DNA of 64,000 nucleotides. It comes from Octopus sinensis. Taxonomy: Eukaryota. Under the pieces are notes generated by a model. The model saw only the letters and a list, made by a program, of their open reading frames with translations, was not told where the DNA came from and ran no database searches. Both the position numbers and the translations under genes were made by a program. Shown here piece after piece: positions 14,640-27,155 of this stretch. Location of the stretch: the NCBI RefSeq assembly GCF_006345805.1, contig NC_043008.1, positions 11,346,001-11,410,000 on the forward strand, given 5' to 3'. Position 1 is the stretch's first letter; each line of letters begins with the position of its first letter.

Positions 14640-14830
14640 TAAATCAATTGACCGCATGTGTATCGTTGGCGATTTTCTTTGTCCGTCTTCCCTTCCTTGG
14701 ACCTTTCCTTTTCCTATGTTTCTGACGAAGAGCCCCGCTCGAAACGTTAAATCTTACTCCCGAGCGTCCAATAACACTATCCTTGTTCCACGTCCACGCG
14801 TTGTTGTGTTTTCATGTTTGGATTAACTAC
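14640..14830 (+). mobile_element. Penelope-like terminal-repeat derivative (family P1) with a minimal hammerhead motif
   Basis: Homologous to 62745-62950 and 38855-39055; GTTT CTGACGA A GAGC ccc GCTC GAAA CGT T AAAT at 14718-14752; followed by (TA)n. Confidence 0.6.
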
Positions 14831-14904
<74 letters not shown>

Positions 14905-15368
14905 TGTGTGGTGTGTGTGTGTGTGTGTGTGAAAGTATGTGTACGTAACAGGGCGCCTTTGTGTTAGTGTCTGTCTGTGTGTGTGTGTCCGTGCGTGTGT
15001 GTGTGTATCTGTGGGGGGAAAATTAATCGGGAAAAACATTTCTATTCATTTTTTTAAAATGCCTATATTTATACATAATATATTTATACAATGCATCAAA
15101 CCAAGAAGTATCAAATAGATAAATTTAGGCATAAATGGTTACATACGATTTCTATTATGCTCTCTGTACGTGTGTGTATGTTTGTGCGAGTGAATGTCCG
15201 TGTGTGTGTGTGTGTGTGTGTGCGTGTTCATAGGATATGATTCTTATGAAAATGATTACGCCTAAATTTATCTATTAAAATCTTCTCGTAATTGTCACTA
15301 AAATAACTGGAAAAATTCACTTAAAGCAACCGACACCCAACCCACACAAGATTCACTCTCACACTCAC

Positions 15369-15459
15369 ACGCATGTGCTTAATCACACATGCGCTCCATA
15401 ATCTTTCTTCCTCAGCAATTTTGGTGAAATCTATTTTCAGTAGCTGGATAACATGACAA
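15369..15459 (-). CDS. Candidate 91-nt internal exon (CHVIQLLKIDFTKIAEEERLWSACVIKHMR), product unknown
   Basis: Acceptor ttttttgtcag, donor CGT|GTGAGT, one open frame; no homology recognised. Confidence 0.25.
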
Positions 15460-15599
15460 CTGACAAAAAATACCAAAACAAAATTGACATCTTGAATTGA
15501 CATCAACCATCCCAGAATAAAGGTCCTCTTTTTTACAGCTGCGCAGCATGACAACTGACCAAAAGAATACAATGCATTTTCAACGATCTCAAAAAGGCT

Positions 15600-15604
15600 C
15601 TTTC

Positions 15605-15650
<46 letters not shown>

Positions 15651-16200
15651 GCCTTTCTTTCTTCCTTCCTTCCTTTCTTTCTTCCTTTCTTCCTTCCTTT
15701 CTTTCTTTCTTTCTTTTTTCTTTCTTTCTTTCTTTCTTTCGTTCTTTATTCCTTTCTTTCGTTCTTCATTCCTTTCTTTCTTTCTTTCTTTCTTTCGTTC
15801 TTCCTTACTTTCTTTCTGCCTTTCTTTCTTTCCTTCATTCTTTCTTTCTTCCTTCCTTCCTTCCTTCCTTCCTTTCTTTCTTTCTTTCTTTCTTTCTTTC
15901 GTTCTTCATTCCTTTCTTTCTTTCTTTCTTTCTTTCTTTCGTTCTTCCTTACTTTCTTTCTGCCTTTCTTTCTTTCCTTCATTCTTTCTTTCTTCCTTCC
16001 TTCCTTCCTTTCTTTCTTCCTTTCTTTCTTCCTTTCTTTCTTCCTTCTTTCGTTCTTCATTCCTTTCTTTCTTTCTTTCTTTCTTTTTTCTTTCTTTCTA
16101 TCTTTCTTTCTCCATTCTTTTCGTGCTTTGGTTTTTTTCTTTCTTTCTTCCTTCTTTTCACTCTTTCTGCCTTACTTTCTTTCTTTCTTTCGTTTCCTTC
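15600..16200. repeat. (TTTC)n/(TTCC)n tract with an internal higher-order duplication
   Basis: Direct reading; the variant block TTCGTTCTTCCTTACTTTCTTTCTGCC recurs. Confidence 0.9.
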
Positions 16201-16444
16201 CAGTGCTTCATTTTTTCCTCTAAGCATGCCTGCAAAGATTCACCACACATTCTTACATGCACGAACGCACACACATACACAGTCACACACACACACACAC
16301 GCACAATTGACGAAGAATATCTATAAATAAAATTCTAATTGATAAATATAATCTTTTTTTATTAAAGCAAAACTCACGGGTGAAGTAATTCTCGTGGTGT
16401 GAAGAATCAACCCAAGAATTGGGTGAAACACAACGCAACGTGCG

Positions 16445-16492
16445 GTTGTCATGGTAACAAGCTGTTAATGACTCGCCGTCTGTTTATTGGCT
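16445..16492. promoter_or_regulatory. RFX X-box plus CCAAT box
   Basis: GTTGTCATGGTAAC (16445-16458) fits GTHNYY-AT-RRNAAC; ATTGGCT at 16486-16492. Confidence 0.4.
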
Positions 16493-16789
16493 AAAATTAC
16501 CCAAATTTCCTAAATTTTATTCCAAATAACATCAGATTCTTTAATTTACGAAATAGAATAACTGGTTGATCGTAATCAAATTTCAGAGTTGCATCGATAT
16601 TGAAAGCAATCCAAGCAAAATTAAAGGGGGCTCATTTTGTGAATGAAAAAGACTAGATCCAAATATATTTTCGCAATAAATCAATAGAGTTATTAGGTGT
16701 TAAAGTTTGGAAATTTGGGGTAATTTTAGCAAATGGTAAACCAGACACAGTTATGCCTGTTTCCATACTATATACCACACAAGTGCAGC

Positions 16790-17780
16790 GAACCTCTGCA
16801 AGGTCGAAAATGGAACTCACATTTTTAGTGCTTGTGAAAATCCTTTTCAGAAAGAGTATAAGGGCAGACAGGACAAGGTAGCTCAAAACCTTCATTGTCA
16901 ACTATGCTACACCGGAAGTATGGGTACGAGGTAGAAGGTGTTTCGTAACAAGATACACCCGAAAGGTGAAGGCGCGTGGCTTGGTGGTTAGGGACATTCA
17001 GCTCATGATCAAAAGGTCGTGAGTTCAATTCCCGGTGGCGCGTTGTGTCCTTGAGCAAGACACTTTATTTCACGTTACTCCAGTCCACTCAGCTAGCAAA
17101 AATGAGTAGTACCTGCATTTCAAAGGGTCAGTCTTGTCACACTCTGTGTCACGCTGAATCGCCTCGAGAACTCCGTTACGGGTACACGTGTTTGTAGAGT
17201 GCTCAGCCACTTGCACGTTAATTTCACGAGTAAGCTGTTCCGTTAATCGTATCAGCTGGGACCCTCCTTGTCGCAATCGACGGAGTGCTCCTATACTACA
17301 CCCGAAAGGTAATGGTCAAAAAGGGGAAGGCAAAAGTCTTGTGGGCGTTTGACTTCCAAACAGTCAAGGTGTTAGAGCATCGAAGGGTTGATATATAAGA
17401 CTGCCTAATAGTTGACGTGGCAGTGCCGGGAGATCAACATATTATCAGGAAAGGAGAAAAGATTGATAAATGTGGAGACCTAAGAATTGAGATCTTCAGG
17501 ATGTGGCAGCTAAGAGAATCAAACATCCATTTTGTTCCTGTTGGCGTCGGAGCATTGTGATCAATACCACGCAACAGGAAGAGACACCTTGAAACTTTAG
17601 AAATACCCTACAATCTAGGTGTATTGCAAAAATCGACATTACTTGGAACTGCACACATATTATATAACGGACTGTCTCTCTGAAATCCTTGTTGTCATTT
17701 GACAAACACCAAAAAACCCTGGTAGACACGATATTTTCAATCCACAACCTCACGATATTGGATAGTGTGCGCCGTTTTCA
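16790..17780 (+). mobile_element. R4/Dong-clade LINE 3' fragment (CCHC knuckle plus RLE) with (TAA)n tail, interrupted by a SINE
   Basis: HIFSAC...EYKGRQDKVAQNLH, KVLW..FQT.KVLEHRR.DI, DVAVPGD and LQKSTLLGTAHIL; (TAA)n starts at 17781. Confidence 0.85.
16968..17296 (+). mobile_element. SINE (head H1 plus tail T1) with 14-bp TSD
   Basis: TSD TACACCCGAAAGGT at 16954-16967 and 17297-17310; tRNA-like head. Confidence 0.92.
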
Positions 17781-17801
17781 ATAATAATAATAATAATAAT
17801 G

Positions 17802-17850
<49 letters not shown>

Positions 17851-17978
17851 TAATAATGATAGTGATAATAATAATAATAATAGTAATAATAATAATAATG
17901 ATAAGAAGAAGAAGAATGATAATAATGATAATAATAATAATAATAATGATAATAATGATAGTGATAATAATACTAATA

Positions 17979-18012
<34 letters not shown>

Positions 18013-18104
18013 GAATAATAATAATAATAATAAGAATGATAATAATGGTAATAATAATAATAATAATAATGATAATAATGATAGTGATAATAATAATAAT
18101 AATA

Positions 18105-18146
<42 letters not shown>

Positions 18147-18198
18147 GTAATAATGATAATAATAATAATAATATAATAATAATAATAATAATAATAAT
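17781..18198. repeat. (TAA)n array with TGA/AGT/AAG variant units
   Basis: Direct reading. Confidence 0.95.
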
Positions 18199-21100
18199 AT
18201 TTGCTGAAGAACACAGAGAGTCTATAGCAGAAATGAGGCAGAAAATCCTGAATACGCTTGAAGTTGTAAGACATACAAGTATGAATGATAGAGAACCGCT
18301 TCATAAACTCTCATATACAAACCAAAATAAAAAAAAATCCAAATAAATTGGCAACTATGTAACAAATGAAATAATACGAGAATTAAAACCTGATTTTACT
18401 GAGTTAAATGAAATTATTTACGCTTCTGCTAGGGCAATTGAAACCAACTGTATGCCCCCGAAAAAACAAAGAAAACAAAACCTGGGAAGAATCAAACCTG
18501 GAGAAGTAAAATTGAAAAAGAGATTGAATTTATGAGAGGGGAAATATCAATATTAAATGAACTAATATGTGGAAATGATGTAAGATCCAGAACAGGAAGA
18601 AAGATGAAGAGAAAATTTGGATCCTCACCAAGAGAAGAACTGATATCAATAAAAGAAACGCTGAAACAAAAAGTCCAAGCAAAAGCCCAAAGAATACGAA
18701 GATTTGAGAAGAGAAACAAGTTTTACAAGCAAAATAAGCTGTTCACATCCAATGCCAAAAAATTCTACAGAGAAATAGGGAAGGAGAAAGTAACCGTTAA
18801 AAAGACCCCCCTCCCATGGAAGAAGTTCAAAACTTTTGGAAAAGGATTTGGAGTGACAAGAAGACGTACAACATAAATGCAGACTGGATTATACAAACTG
18901 AAGGATCCTACCAAAATTTACCAACAAGCATGGGAAGACATCACAATAGCAGACCTAAGAAAGGCACTCACGAAGGCCCATAATTGGAAATCCCCCGGTA
19001 AAGATAGGGTGCCGAATTTCTGGCTCGCATCGCTCCCGTGCGCACACGGTAAGCTAGTTCAGCTGCTCAATGGAATTATGAGAGACCCAAAGAAAACACC
19101 TGAATGGTTAGCAAGTGGCATTACTTACCTACTCCCAAAGAATAACGAAACCAACCTTCCAAAAAACTATCGGCCTATAACCTGTCTATCCACCACGTAT
19201 AAAATCCTAACATCTATCCTGGCGGAGAAAACATATGCATTCATGGAGAAGAACGATATTTTCCCCATTGAAAAAAAAGGGTGCCGCCGAGGCTCTTACG
19301 GATGCAAAGATCAACTGCTAATCTATCGTATGATCCTTGAGAACTGTCACAACAAGCGCAGAAATCTCAGCACCGCATGGATTGACTATAAAAAGGCCTT
19401 CGACAGTATACCGCATCCATGGATCTTGAGATCGCTAGACATCTTCAAAATTTTCCCTGTGATTTCAAACTTCCTGAAGCACAATATGTCGTTGTGGAAT
19501 ACGAATCTCCAATTATACCACTCTAATGGAGTACTTGCCTCAGAAAATATAAACATCAACTGTGGAATTTTTCAAGGTGACTCACTTTCACCTTTAATAT
19601 TCTGCATAGCCCTAATACCCCTTACAAGTGAATTAAACAGAACAAGGTATGGGTATAAAATTGCCAATAAAAAAATAAGCCATCTATTTTATATGGATGA
19701 CTTAAAACTTTATGGTAAAGACAATAATGAACTTGAAGGCCTATTGCGCACCGTGAAATGATTCAGCGATGACATCGGGATGGAGTTTGGACTTGAGAAG
19801 TGTGCCAAGGAAGGGAAAGTGAAGACCACAAATTCAGTCGTGTTAGATGTTGACACAGTCATAAGAGAGCTTGAGCAAGAACAAACATACAAATATTTAG
19901 GGATAAATGAAGGCTCTGGTATTCAGCATGCAAGCATGAAAGAGAAAATCGGGAAGGAATGTTATAGGAGAGTTCGTGCAGTCCTGAAATCTGAACTAAA
20001 TGCACGTAACAAGGTGTTAGCTATAAATTCCCTAGCAGTTCCAGTTGTTACTTATAGCTACAATGTGTTGAACTGGAATAAGAGTGAAGTAAAGAATATA
20101 GATAGAAAAATACGCAAGCTGCTGAGTTGTAATAGGATGCACCACCCAAAGGCAGACGTAGATCGCCTTTACCTTCCCAGAGCCCAAGGAGGTCGAGGCC
20201 TGATCCAATTTGAACTAGCTTACAAAACAACCACAATTGGACTGGCCAAATATCTCGAAATATCGAATGACTGGATGCTAAAGCTCGTGGAAAATCACGA
20301 GAGACGAAAGAAGCTTCATTCTATCATCAAGGAAAGCAAAAAATTTGCTATTGATCTCGTGCAGGATACCCAAACTGAACAACCCGAGGGAAGTACGGCA
20401 ACTATTGTTGCAAAGAAGGTGAAAATGATGGCAATGAAAAAAGCGCACGAGCAATTGGCTGATAGGTGGGAGGAGAAACCTCTGCACGGCAAATATGTGA
20501 CCCGCAGCAAACAAGCTGATGTTGACCAGAAGCAAACCCATCAGTGGCTGCGGAGCTCAGGGCTAAAAGCAGAGAGCGAAGGTTTCATCCTGGCTGCTCA
20601 AGACCAAAGCCTATCAACCCGGAACTACCAGGCCAATGTGATGAAAAATGGAGCAGAGACCCAAAATGCCGATTCTGCAACGACAATGATTGAAACAGTG
20701 GACCACCTAATCTCTGGATGTAAAGTCTTAGCACCAGTGGAGTATAAATTAAGACATGACAGAGTTGGCCAATATCTCCACTGGCTAATAAGTCGGCATT
20801 ACAATATCAAAACTGTCGACAAGTGGTATAATCACCACCCTGAGGCTGTAACTGAAGGAGAAAATGTAACCATCTGTGGGACTTTCCAGTACATACAGAC
20901 CGAACCATCAAGGCCAATAAACCAGATATTGTTGTGAAAGACCAAAACAATAAAGTTTGCTTATTGATCGACATGAGCATCCCCTGTGATCATAATATCT
21001 CAGCGAAAGAGTTTGACAAGCTCAGAAAATATAAAGACCTACTCATTGAAATTGAGAAAATGTGGCATCTCAAGGCGGTTACAATACCAGTGATCGTAGG

Positions 21101-21405
21101 AGCACTAGGAATGATCAAGAAGGGAACCGAAAATTATATGAGAATGATCCCTGGCTTACCATCCCTGCAAGAAGTGCAAAAGATTGTCTTAACTGGTACA
21201 TCACCGTATTGAGAAGAGCATTGTCGATGTGAGAACTGTTGCTGCTCATGCATTTTAATTTAACTTCAAAAAAAAAAAAAAAAAATTAACGAACTACTGA
21301 GTTTGGTTTAATGGCCTACCAATATACACTATGAGTTTCTTTGCCCTAGGAGTCGGGAAGACACTCGGCAAGAAATGGAAGAAAATTTGAAAGAAGAAAA
21401 AAAAA

Positions 21406-21407
<2 letters not shown>
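18199..21407 (+). mobile_element. R4/Dong-clade non-LTR retrotransposon, 5'-truncated, (TAA)n-flanked
   Basis: RT, CCHC and RLE motifs spread across four ORFs; 3' UTR with stem-loop TTCTTGCC...GGCAAGAA; (TAA)n at 21408-21462. Confidence 0.95.
18532..21212 (+). pseudogene. Disrupted reverse transcriptase-RLE endonuclease ORF of the Dong-like element
   Basis: ORFs 18532-18876, 18877-19761, 19780-20937 and 20934-21212: KSPGKDRVPNFW, AWIDYKKAFDSIPH, QGDSLSP, YMDDLKLY, ETVDHLISGC, LIDMSIP.D..KE..K..KYKDL. Confidence 0.93.
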
Positions 21408-21450
<43 letters not shown>

Positions 21451-21974
21451 GTCATAATAATAATACAAAACGGAAGAGAAGGGACTAAGAGATGAAAAAT
21501 ACGAAGAAATTTTATTGTAAGATATGAATCTGAAAAAAATATATACGAATGAGGAAAGGATAAAAAATATCTATGATATGGAAGGGTGAACGAAGATGGC
21601 GATATTTGAGAGAGAAAGAATGTTAGTGCATATCACATTATTAAATACTTACGTATGGGATATTTGTTATACAATGATAAGCAAGAGCACATTACAAAAT
21701 CTTTGAATTTTTTCTTCTAAATATAGATATTTAGAAAATATTCTGAGTTGCTTTAAAATCCAATACCAAAGTAACGAAATTGTGTAACAGGTATTCCTTG
21801 AGACATCAAAATTACGAAAACGTCAAGCAGCTTTCTTATCTTGGTTGCCGAATCAATTTAGTCGTTATAAGCGTGCGATCGATAGGGTGTGTGCAATTGA
21901 TTTGCAAAACAAAATCTTTTTTGAAGTTATCGGCTTAACAAGGAAAAAAACCAATAGCACAGATACTTAACATG

Positions 21975-21981
21975 CAACAGG

Positions 21982-22012
<31 letters not shown>

Positions 22013-22029
22013 TAATAACAATAATAACA

Positions 22030-22099
<70 letters not shown>

Positions 22100-22143
22100 C
22101 AACAACAACAGCAATAGTAATAATAATAATAATTGTAATAGTA

Positions 22144-22186
<43 letters not shown>

Positions 22187-22270
22187 TAATAACAATAATA
22201 ACAATGGTAATAATAATAATATAATAATAATAATAATAATAATAATATAATAATAATAGCAATAATAACA

Positions 22271-22313
<43 letters not shown>

Positions 22314-22335
22314 TAATAATAATAATGATAATAAA
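21975..22335. repeat. (TAA)n/(CAA)n array
   Basis: Direct reading. Confidence 0.95.
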
Positions 22336-22670
22336 ACTAGAAAAGAAATTAGAAGCACATACCAAACATGAACTGTATTAGAAATCTCGAATATATCAGA
22401 AATAAAGGATAGAGGAAGTTTTTTGAATATTCTAAAACAAAATACTCCATGTGTTAAGCGGACCTATAACCTGATAATCCCCATATACCATCATCATTAG
22501 TAAATATGAACCGCTAAGAGAAAATAACGATAGTGAAAATATTACATCGAATACTCGCGTAGGATTACTATCTAAATCTTTAGAATTTAGAAGTTTACGT
22601 ACATTGACAATATATTCGTTGTTTTCTTTTTCCTTGTCTATTGACAGATCATTCGTGAGTTAGGAGATAT

Positions 22671-22989
22671 ATGTTTGTTTGTTTGTTTGTTCCTTCTGGA
22701 GCCACGCCTGGCTCATAAGGGCCGGTTTCCCGGTTTGCTTGGCGTATAGATTCCTCACCTGGACGGGGCGCCGGTCCGTTGCAGGTGAGCTGCAAGATTG
22801 AGGAGGAAAGAGTGAGAGAAAAGTTGTGGCAAAAGAGTCAGCAGAAGTTCGCCATTACCATTCTGCCTGTACCGCTTGGAGTTTAGGTATTTCGATCGTA
22901 AACACACACATCACCCGGTCTGAAATTCGAACCCGCGATCCCTCGAGCGCGAGTCCGATGCTATAACCACTAGGTCATGTGCCTCCACA
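22671..22989 (-). mobile_element. SINE (head H2 plus tail T2, ending in (AAAC)n)
   Basis: Head and GAGTGAGAGAAAAGTTGTGG block shared with 25618; tail shared with 32309. Confidence 0.8.
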
Positions 22990-23273
22990 GGAGACATATA
23001 ACCATTAGTATAGTCTGCATGAATATCCCTTGTTATCCCCAAATAGCGCAATACAGTGAATACTACATTAACTACTGTTCCCCTTCTCTTTTAAAGAAGA
23101 TATACAGGAACTTGAGTAAGATTTGGAGGATATAGGTAGCTAAGTGAACAATGACCTAAAGTGTTCCCCACTTAGCTCTTACTGCTGCATTTTGGTGCAA
23201 AATAGACTGAGTGTGAGCACAAAACGTTTGAAATATCTTCTAGGCTGAAGAGATTAATATACCTAATGTACAG

Positions 23274-23935
23274 GTGCAGGAGTGGCTGTGTGGTAAGTAG
23301 CTTGCTTACGAGCCACATGGTTCCGGGTTCGGTCCCACTGCGTAGCACCTTGGGCAAGTGTCTTCTACTATAGCTTCGGGCCGACCAAAGTGTTGTGAGT
23401 GGATTTGGTAGATGGAAACTGAAAGAGGTCCGTCGTATATATATATATATATATATATATAACGGGAAGCTTTATGAAAATAAACAAAAGACGAAGGCAG
23501 GTGGAAAACAAACGAACAATTGTATTAGTATGGCGCTCAGGAAATATAAATAAAACAAGTCTTTAACGTTTCGAGCCTACGCTCTTCAACAGAAAGATAC
23601 ACAGAGAGAGAAAAACACAGAAAGAAGGAGAGAAAAAAAATGCGTGCAGTAGCTAACGAATCAACATGGCGATATATATATATATATGGGGGGCGGGTGA
23701 GTGTGTGTGTATGTTTGTGTCTGTGTCTGTGTTTGTTCCTCCATCCTCGCTTGACAACCGATGTTTGTGTGTTTATATCCCCGTCGTAACTTAGCGGCTT
23801 GGCAAAAGATACCGATAGAATAAGTACTAGGCTTACAAAGAATAAGTCCTGGGGTCGATTTGTTCGACTAAATGCGGCGCCTCAGCATGGCCGCAGTCAA
23901 ACGACTGAAACAAGTAAAAGAATAAAAGAAAGAAT
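23274..23935 (+). mobile_element. SINE family A split at its central (TA)n by a P1 insertion
   Basis: 5' half at 23274-23460 and 3' half at ~23700-23935. Confidence 0.88.
23461..23672 (-). mobile_element. Penelope-like P1-type element with a variant hammerhead motif
   Basis: Minus strand TCTTT CTGTTGA A GAGC gtag GCTC GAAA CGT T AAAGA (23560-23597); (TA)n on both sides. Confidence 0.6.
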
Positions 23936-23939
23936 ATAT

Positions 23940-23974
<35 letters not shown>

Positions 23975-25112
23975 TATATATATATATATACGCATATGAA
24001 CCTCGAATATACTTTCGCTGAGAAAGGAATATTTATTGGAAGAGTGTAGACACCGAATAAATGGATAAACACATTCCGACAATAAAGTCGGAGTGAATAA
24101 ACTAGAGCATAAATATTTCTGTGAATCAAATACATTAATAAACACTCTTGCAGAATATACTGTTTGTCTGTTATCTTCCTGAATCTGAACAAGAGGACTG
24201 ATAGTAAACGATGTTGTTGTCAGTTAATAGTATAGGTAGACTGTATAAATTGCTACATTTACTTAGATTTTCCTCGTTTTCTATATTGTTCAGAATATAT
24301 TTATTAGTTTGGAATTGCTGTCAAAGAAAATATGCCACTAAGCATTGATGAATAACATTCATTCTTTTCCACAACATTTATCAAATGCATAGCAACGTTT
24401 CGCTATTTTATTCTCCGAAAGATAATTTAATATTATATTATCTGTCATATACATATGTACTGATGTAATCGATACAGCGTTTATTGAAGAATGTTTTGTT
24501 TGTACATTAATTGGAAGATATATATTACAAAGAATAGAAGACTGCTCGGCCTTCTTGAATAAATCATTTATATAGAATTATAGCAGGCACTTTATATTAA
24601 ACTGGTTAATTGAACTAATCATACCGGTTATATTATATTTTGTAGTTCAACATGAAAATATATTCAAAGAACATATACAACCATTAATTTATAAAAGCGC
24701 ACATAGCAAGCCTAAACTGTTGTTGATGTATCGAGCGTGTCTTTTAAAGTAAGATTTATAAGACACCTTCGTTTTGAGGTATGGTACTGTTGACGACAAT
24801 CAAGAGTTCTGCAGCGTACAGCAGTGGCCACTTTTACTTTTCAATAACATTTATCATTGTGACAACAAAATGTTCTCTTGAAATCCTGGCTATCCATAGA
24901 AACGGTTAACCATGAGAGATAGCAGAGAAGAGAAAGAAAAATCACTAAAATATCATGACAAATACATTGAAATCTGAATAGTCACGGTTAAAAATAATGT
25001 CTTCAGAATCTACCATTTTCACCCATGTTAACTGGGGAACGTCAACATGGGCACATGGCTAAGTATGTCAGTGAGAGCTCCCTCAAAACTCTCTCCAACA
25101 ATATGTTAGAAA

Positions 25113-25327
25113 GGTCGGCGAGCTGGCAGAAACGTTAGCACGCTGGACTAAATCCTTAGCGGTATTTCGTCTCCCGTTACGTTCTGAGTTCAAATTCCGC
25201 CGATGTCGATTTTGCCTTTCGTCCTTTCGGGGTCGATAAATTAAGTACCAGTTGCGTACTGGAATCGATGTAATCGACTGGAACCCTCTCCCGCAAAATT
25301 TCGGGCCTCGAGCCTAGAGTAGAGAAG
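25113..25327 (+). mobile_element. SINE family C (alternative tail) with TSD
   Basis: AATATGTTAGAAAGG is duplicated on both sides. Confidence 0.85.
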
Positions 25328-25617
25328 AATATGTTAGAAAGGGAACACATTACATAATGAGACCCTGGGTAACGTGAAGATATGAGAAATCAGAATGACA
25401 GAGGTATTTGCTCATAAGTTAGCTCGTTTAGTGCTAATTCGTGTCCAAACAACGAAATGTATTTTAGCAATAATATCAAAAACAGCCATTATTAAATGAT
25501 TTCATAATTATGCTTATCTGTGCGAATTTATGGGTATTTTTCTTTATGAAACCGAGATAATTACAATTACTTATGAAATGTGTTTTTGAGAGTCAAATGA
25601 TTCAGCTTTCATTGGAT

Positions 25618-25955
25618 GGAAGCACTCCGTCGGTTACGACGACGAGGGTTCCGGTTGATCCGAATCAACGGAGCAGCCTGCTCGTGAAATTAACGTGTAA
25701 GTGTTATTCAGCGTGACACAGAGAGTGACAAGGCCGGCCCTTTGAAATACAAGGTACAACAGAAACAGGAAGTAAGAGTGAGAGAAAGTTGTGGTGAAAA
25801 AGTACAGCAGGGATCAGCACCATCCCCTGCCGGGGCCTCGTGGAGCTTTAGGTGTTTTCGCTCAATAAACACTCACAACGCCCGGTCTTGGAATCGAAAC
25901 CGCGATCCTATGACCGCGAGTCCGCTGCCCTAACCACTGGGCCATTGCGCCTCCT
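25618..25955 (-). mobile_element. SINE (head H2 plus tail T1)
   Basis: tRNA-like head GGAGGCGCAATGGCCCAGTGG on the minus strand; homologous to 1825-2119. Confidence 0.85.
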
Positions 25956-27155
25956 CAGCCCTCATTAAAACTACTGGGTATAGTAGCCAGTTGCTTACAC
26001 CACATCATACCATTGTTGTTCACAGTGTAAACCACTTTCTCGAACACGTTTATTACGGTTGAATTGGGTTCGTTCATATTTAAGAACTTTCTATGCTACC
26101 TCTGTAAATCTGAATGCAAATTCATTAAATTATTTTACATTCATACCTCAGATTATTCAGATAAAAATAGACATTTCTATGACTTAACACACTATAATGG
26201 AGACCAATTCTGTTTTTTTAGAATAGTTTTTTTTTTGCATCCCTCAATTTAATGAAAGGCTAAACTATCCAACCTTCAATTTAAAATGTCGCTAATAAGC
26301 CTCTAACCTGCAACAATTGAGACAAGAACTTAAATTAAATGAATTGCTTCTTTCCTGTTTGCCTACCGTATAAGCCTAATATATTCTCTTTCCAATCTCA
26401 TTACTTGTGTGTATGTGTTTGTGTGTATATGTAGCGTGCGTGAGTGTCCATGCGCGTGTATGTGTAAAAATTAGATTTGTTAAAGTTCTTTAGGAAAGGC
26501 TCACTTAAAGTGACAATGCTTCAATGCTTACATATAATTGCTTATAGAGAGCTAAACCATTTTAATATATATCGTTTCTTTGATGCATTTAGTAAATTGT
26601 ATGCTTCCATCCGTGACTCTTAATTTTGCTAAGAACAAAGCAATTTTCCTATTCAGTCAAACAGAAGAAGAATTATTTACTGCTATTTTAAATAAATGAA
26701 ACTAAGTTGAGGAATATATCTGGGAATAAAACTAAATTAATATTTCAACTTAATTTTCAGAATCTCCTTTAGTGGCTTAAGTAGGATTCAGAAAACTATC
26801 TACTTTGTGTCTTTTAGAGAGATTGTTTGGCATCTACTCAAACCTGATCAGGTAAACAAAAGAACAAACAATTTGGTGATGATGATAATAGTATCCAATC
26901 TTTCAAACATTGAAGGAATACTGATGATCGAAGATGCTGAATTACAATGGCGGTAAAAGAAACCAAGATGTGTAATAGTTTATTATTCATAAGAAAAGGA
27001 TGTACCACGCCGATTAAATACTTCCATTTTTGATAAACGATTGATATTCTTTACACCACTTTATTCATTATGATATATGATTTTGAATATATTAAATGCA
27101 GCTCTTAGTATAGCATATATTAATAGGCAACACTTAACAACAAATTGTCACTATA

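Noticed and set aside
14745-14775. Alternative monomeric hammerhead fold using GAGCGTC as the stem III partner and a GUC site
   Set aside because: It requires a U-C mismatch at the base of stem I, and the other copies support the ACGU-palindrome fold better
15548-16330. 260-aa SFFL-rich ORF and the antisense KERK ORF
   Set aside because: (TTTC)n read-through
17765-18346. Poly-Asn and poly-Ile ORFs
   Set aside because: (TAA)n array; only the final part belongs to the Dong ORF
18532-21212. Active autonomous LINE
   Set aside because: The ORF is split by stops and frameshifts, and the element is 5'-truncated
23274-23350. tRNA-like sequences at SINE heads
   Set aside because: They run directly into SINE bodies and lack a complete cloverleaf, so they are not tRNA genes
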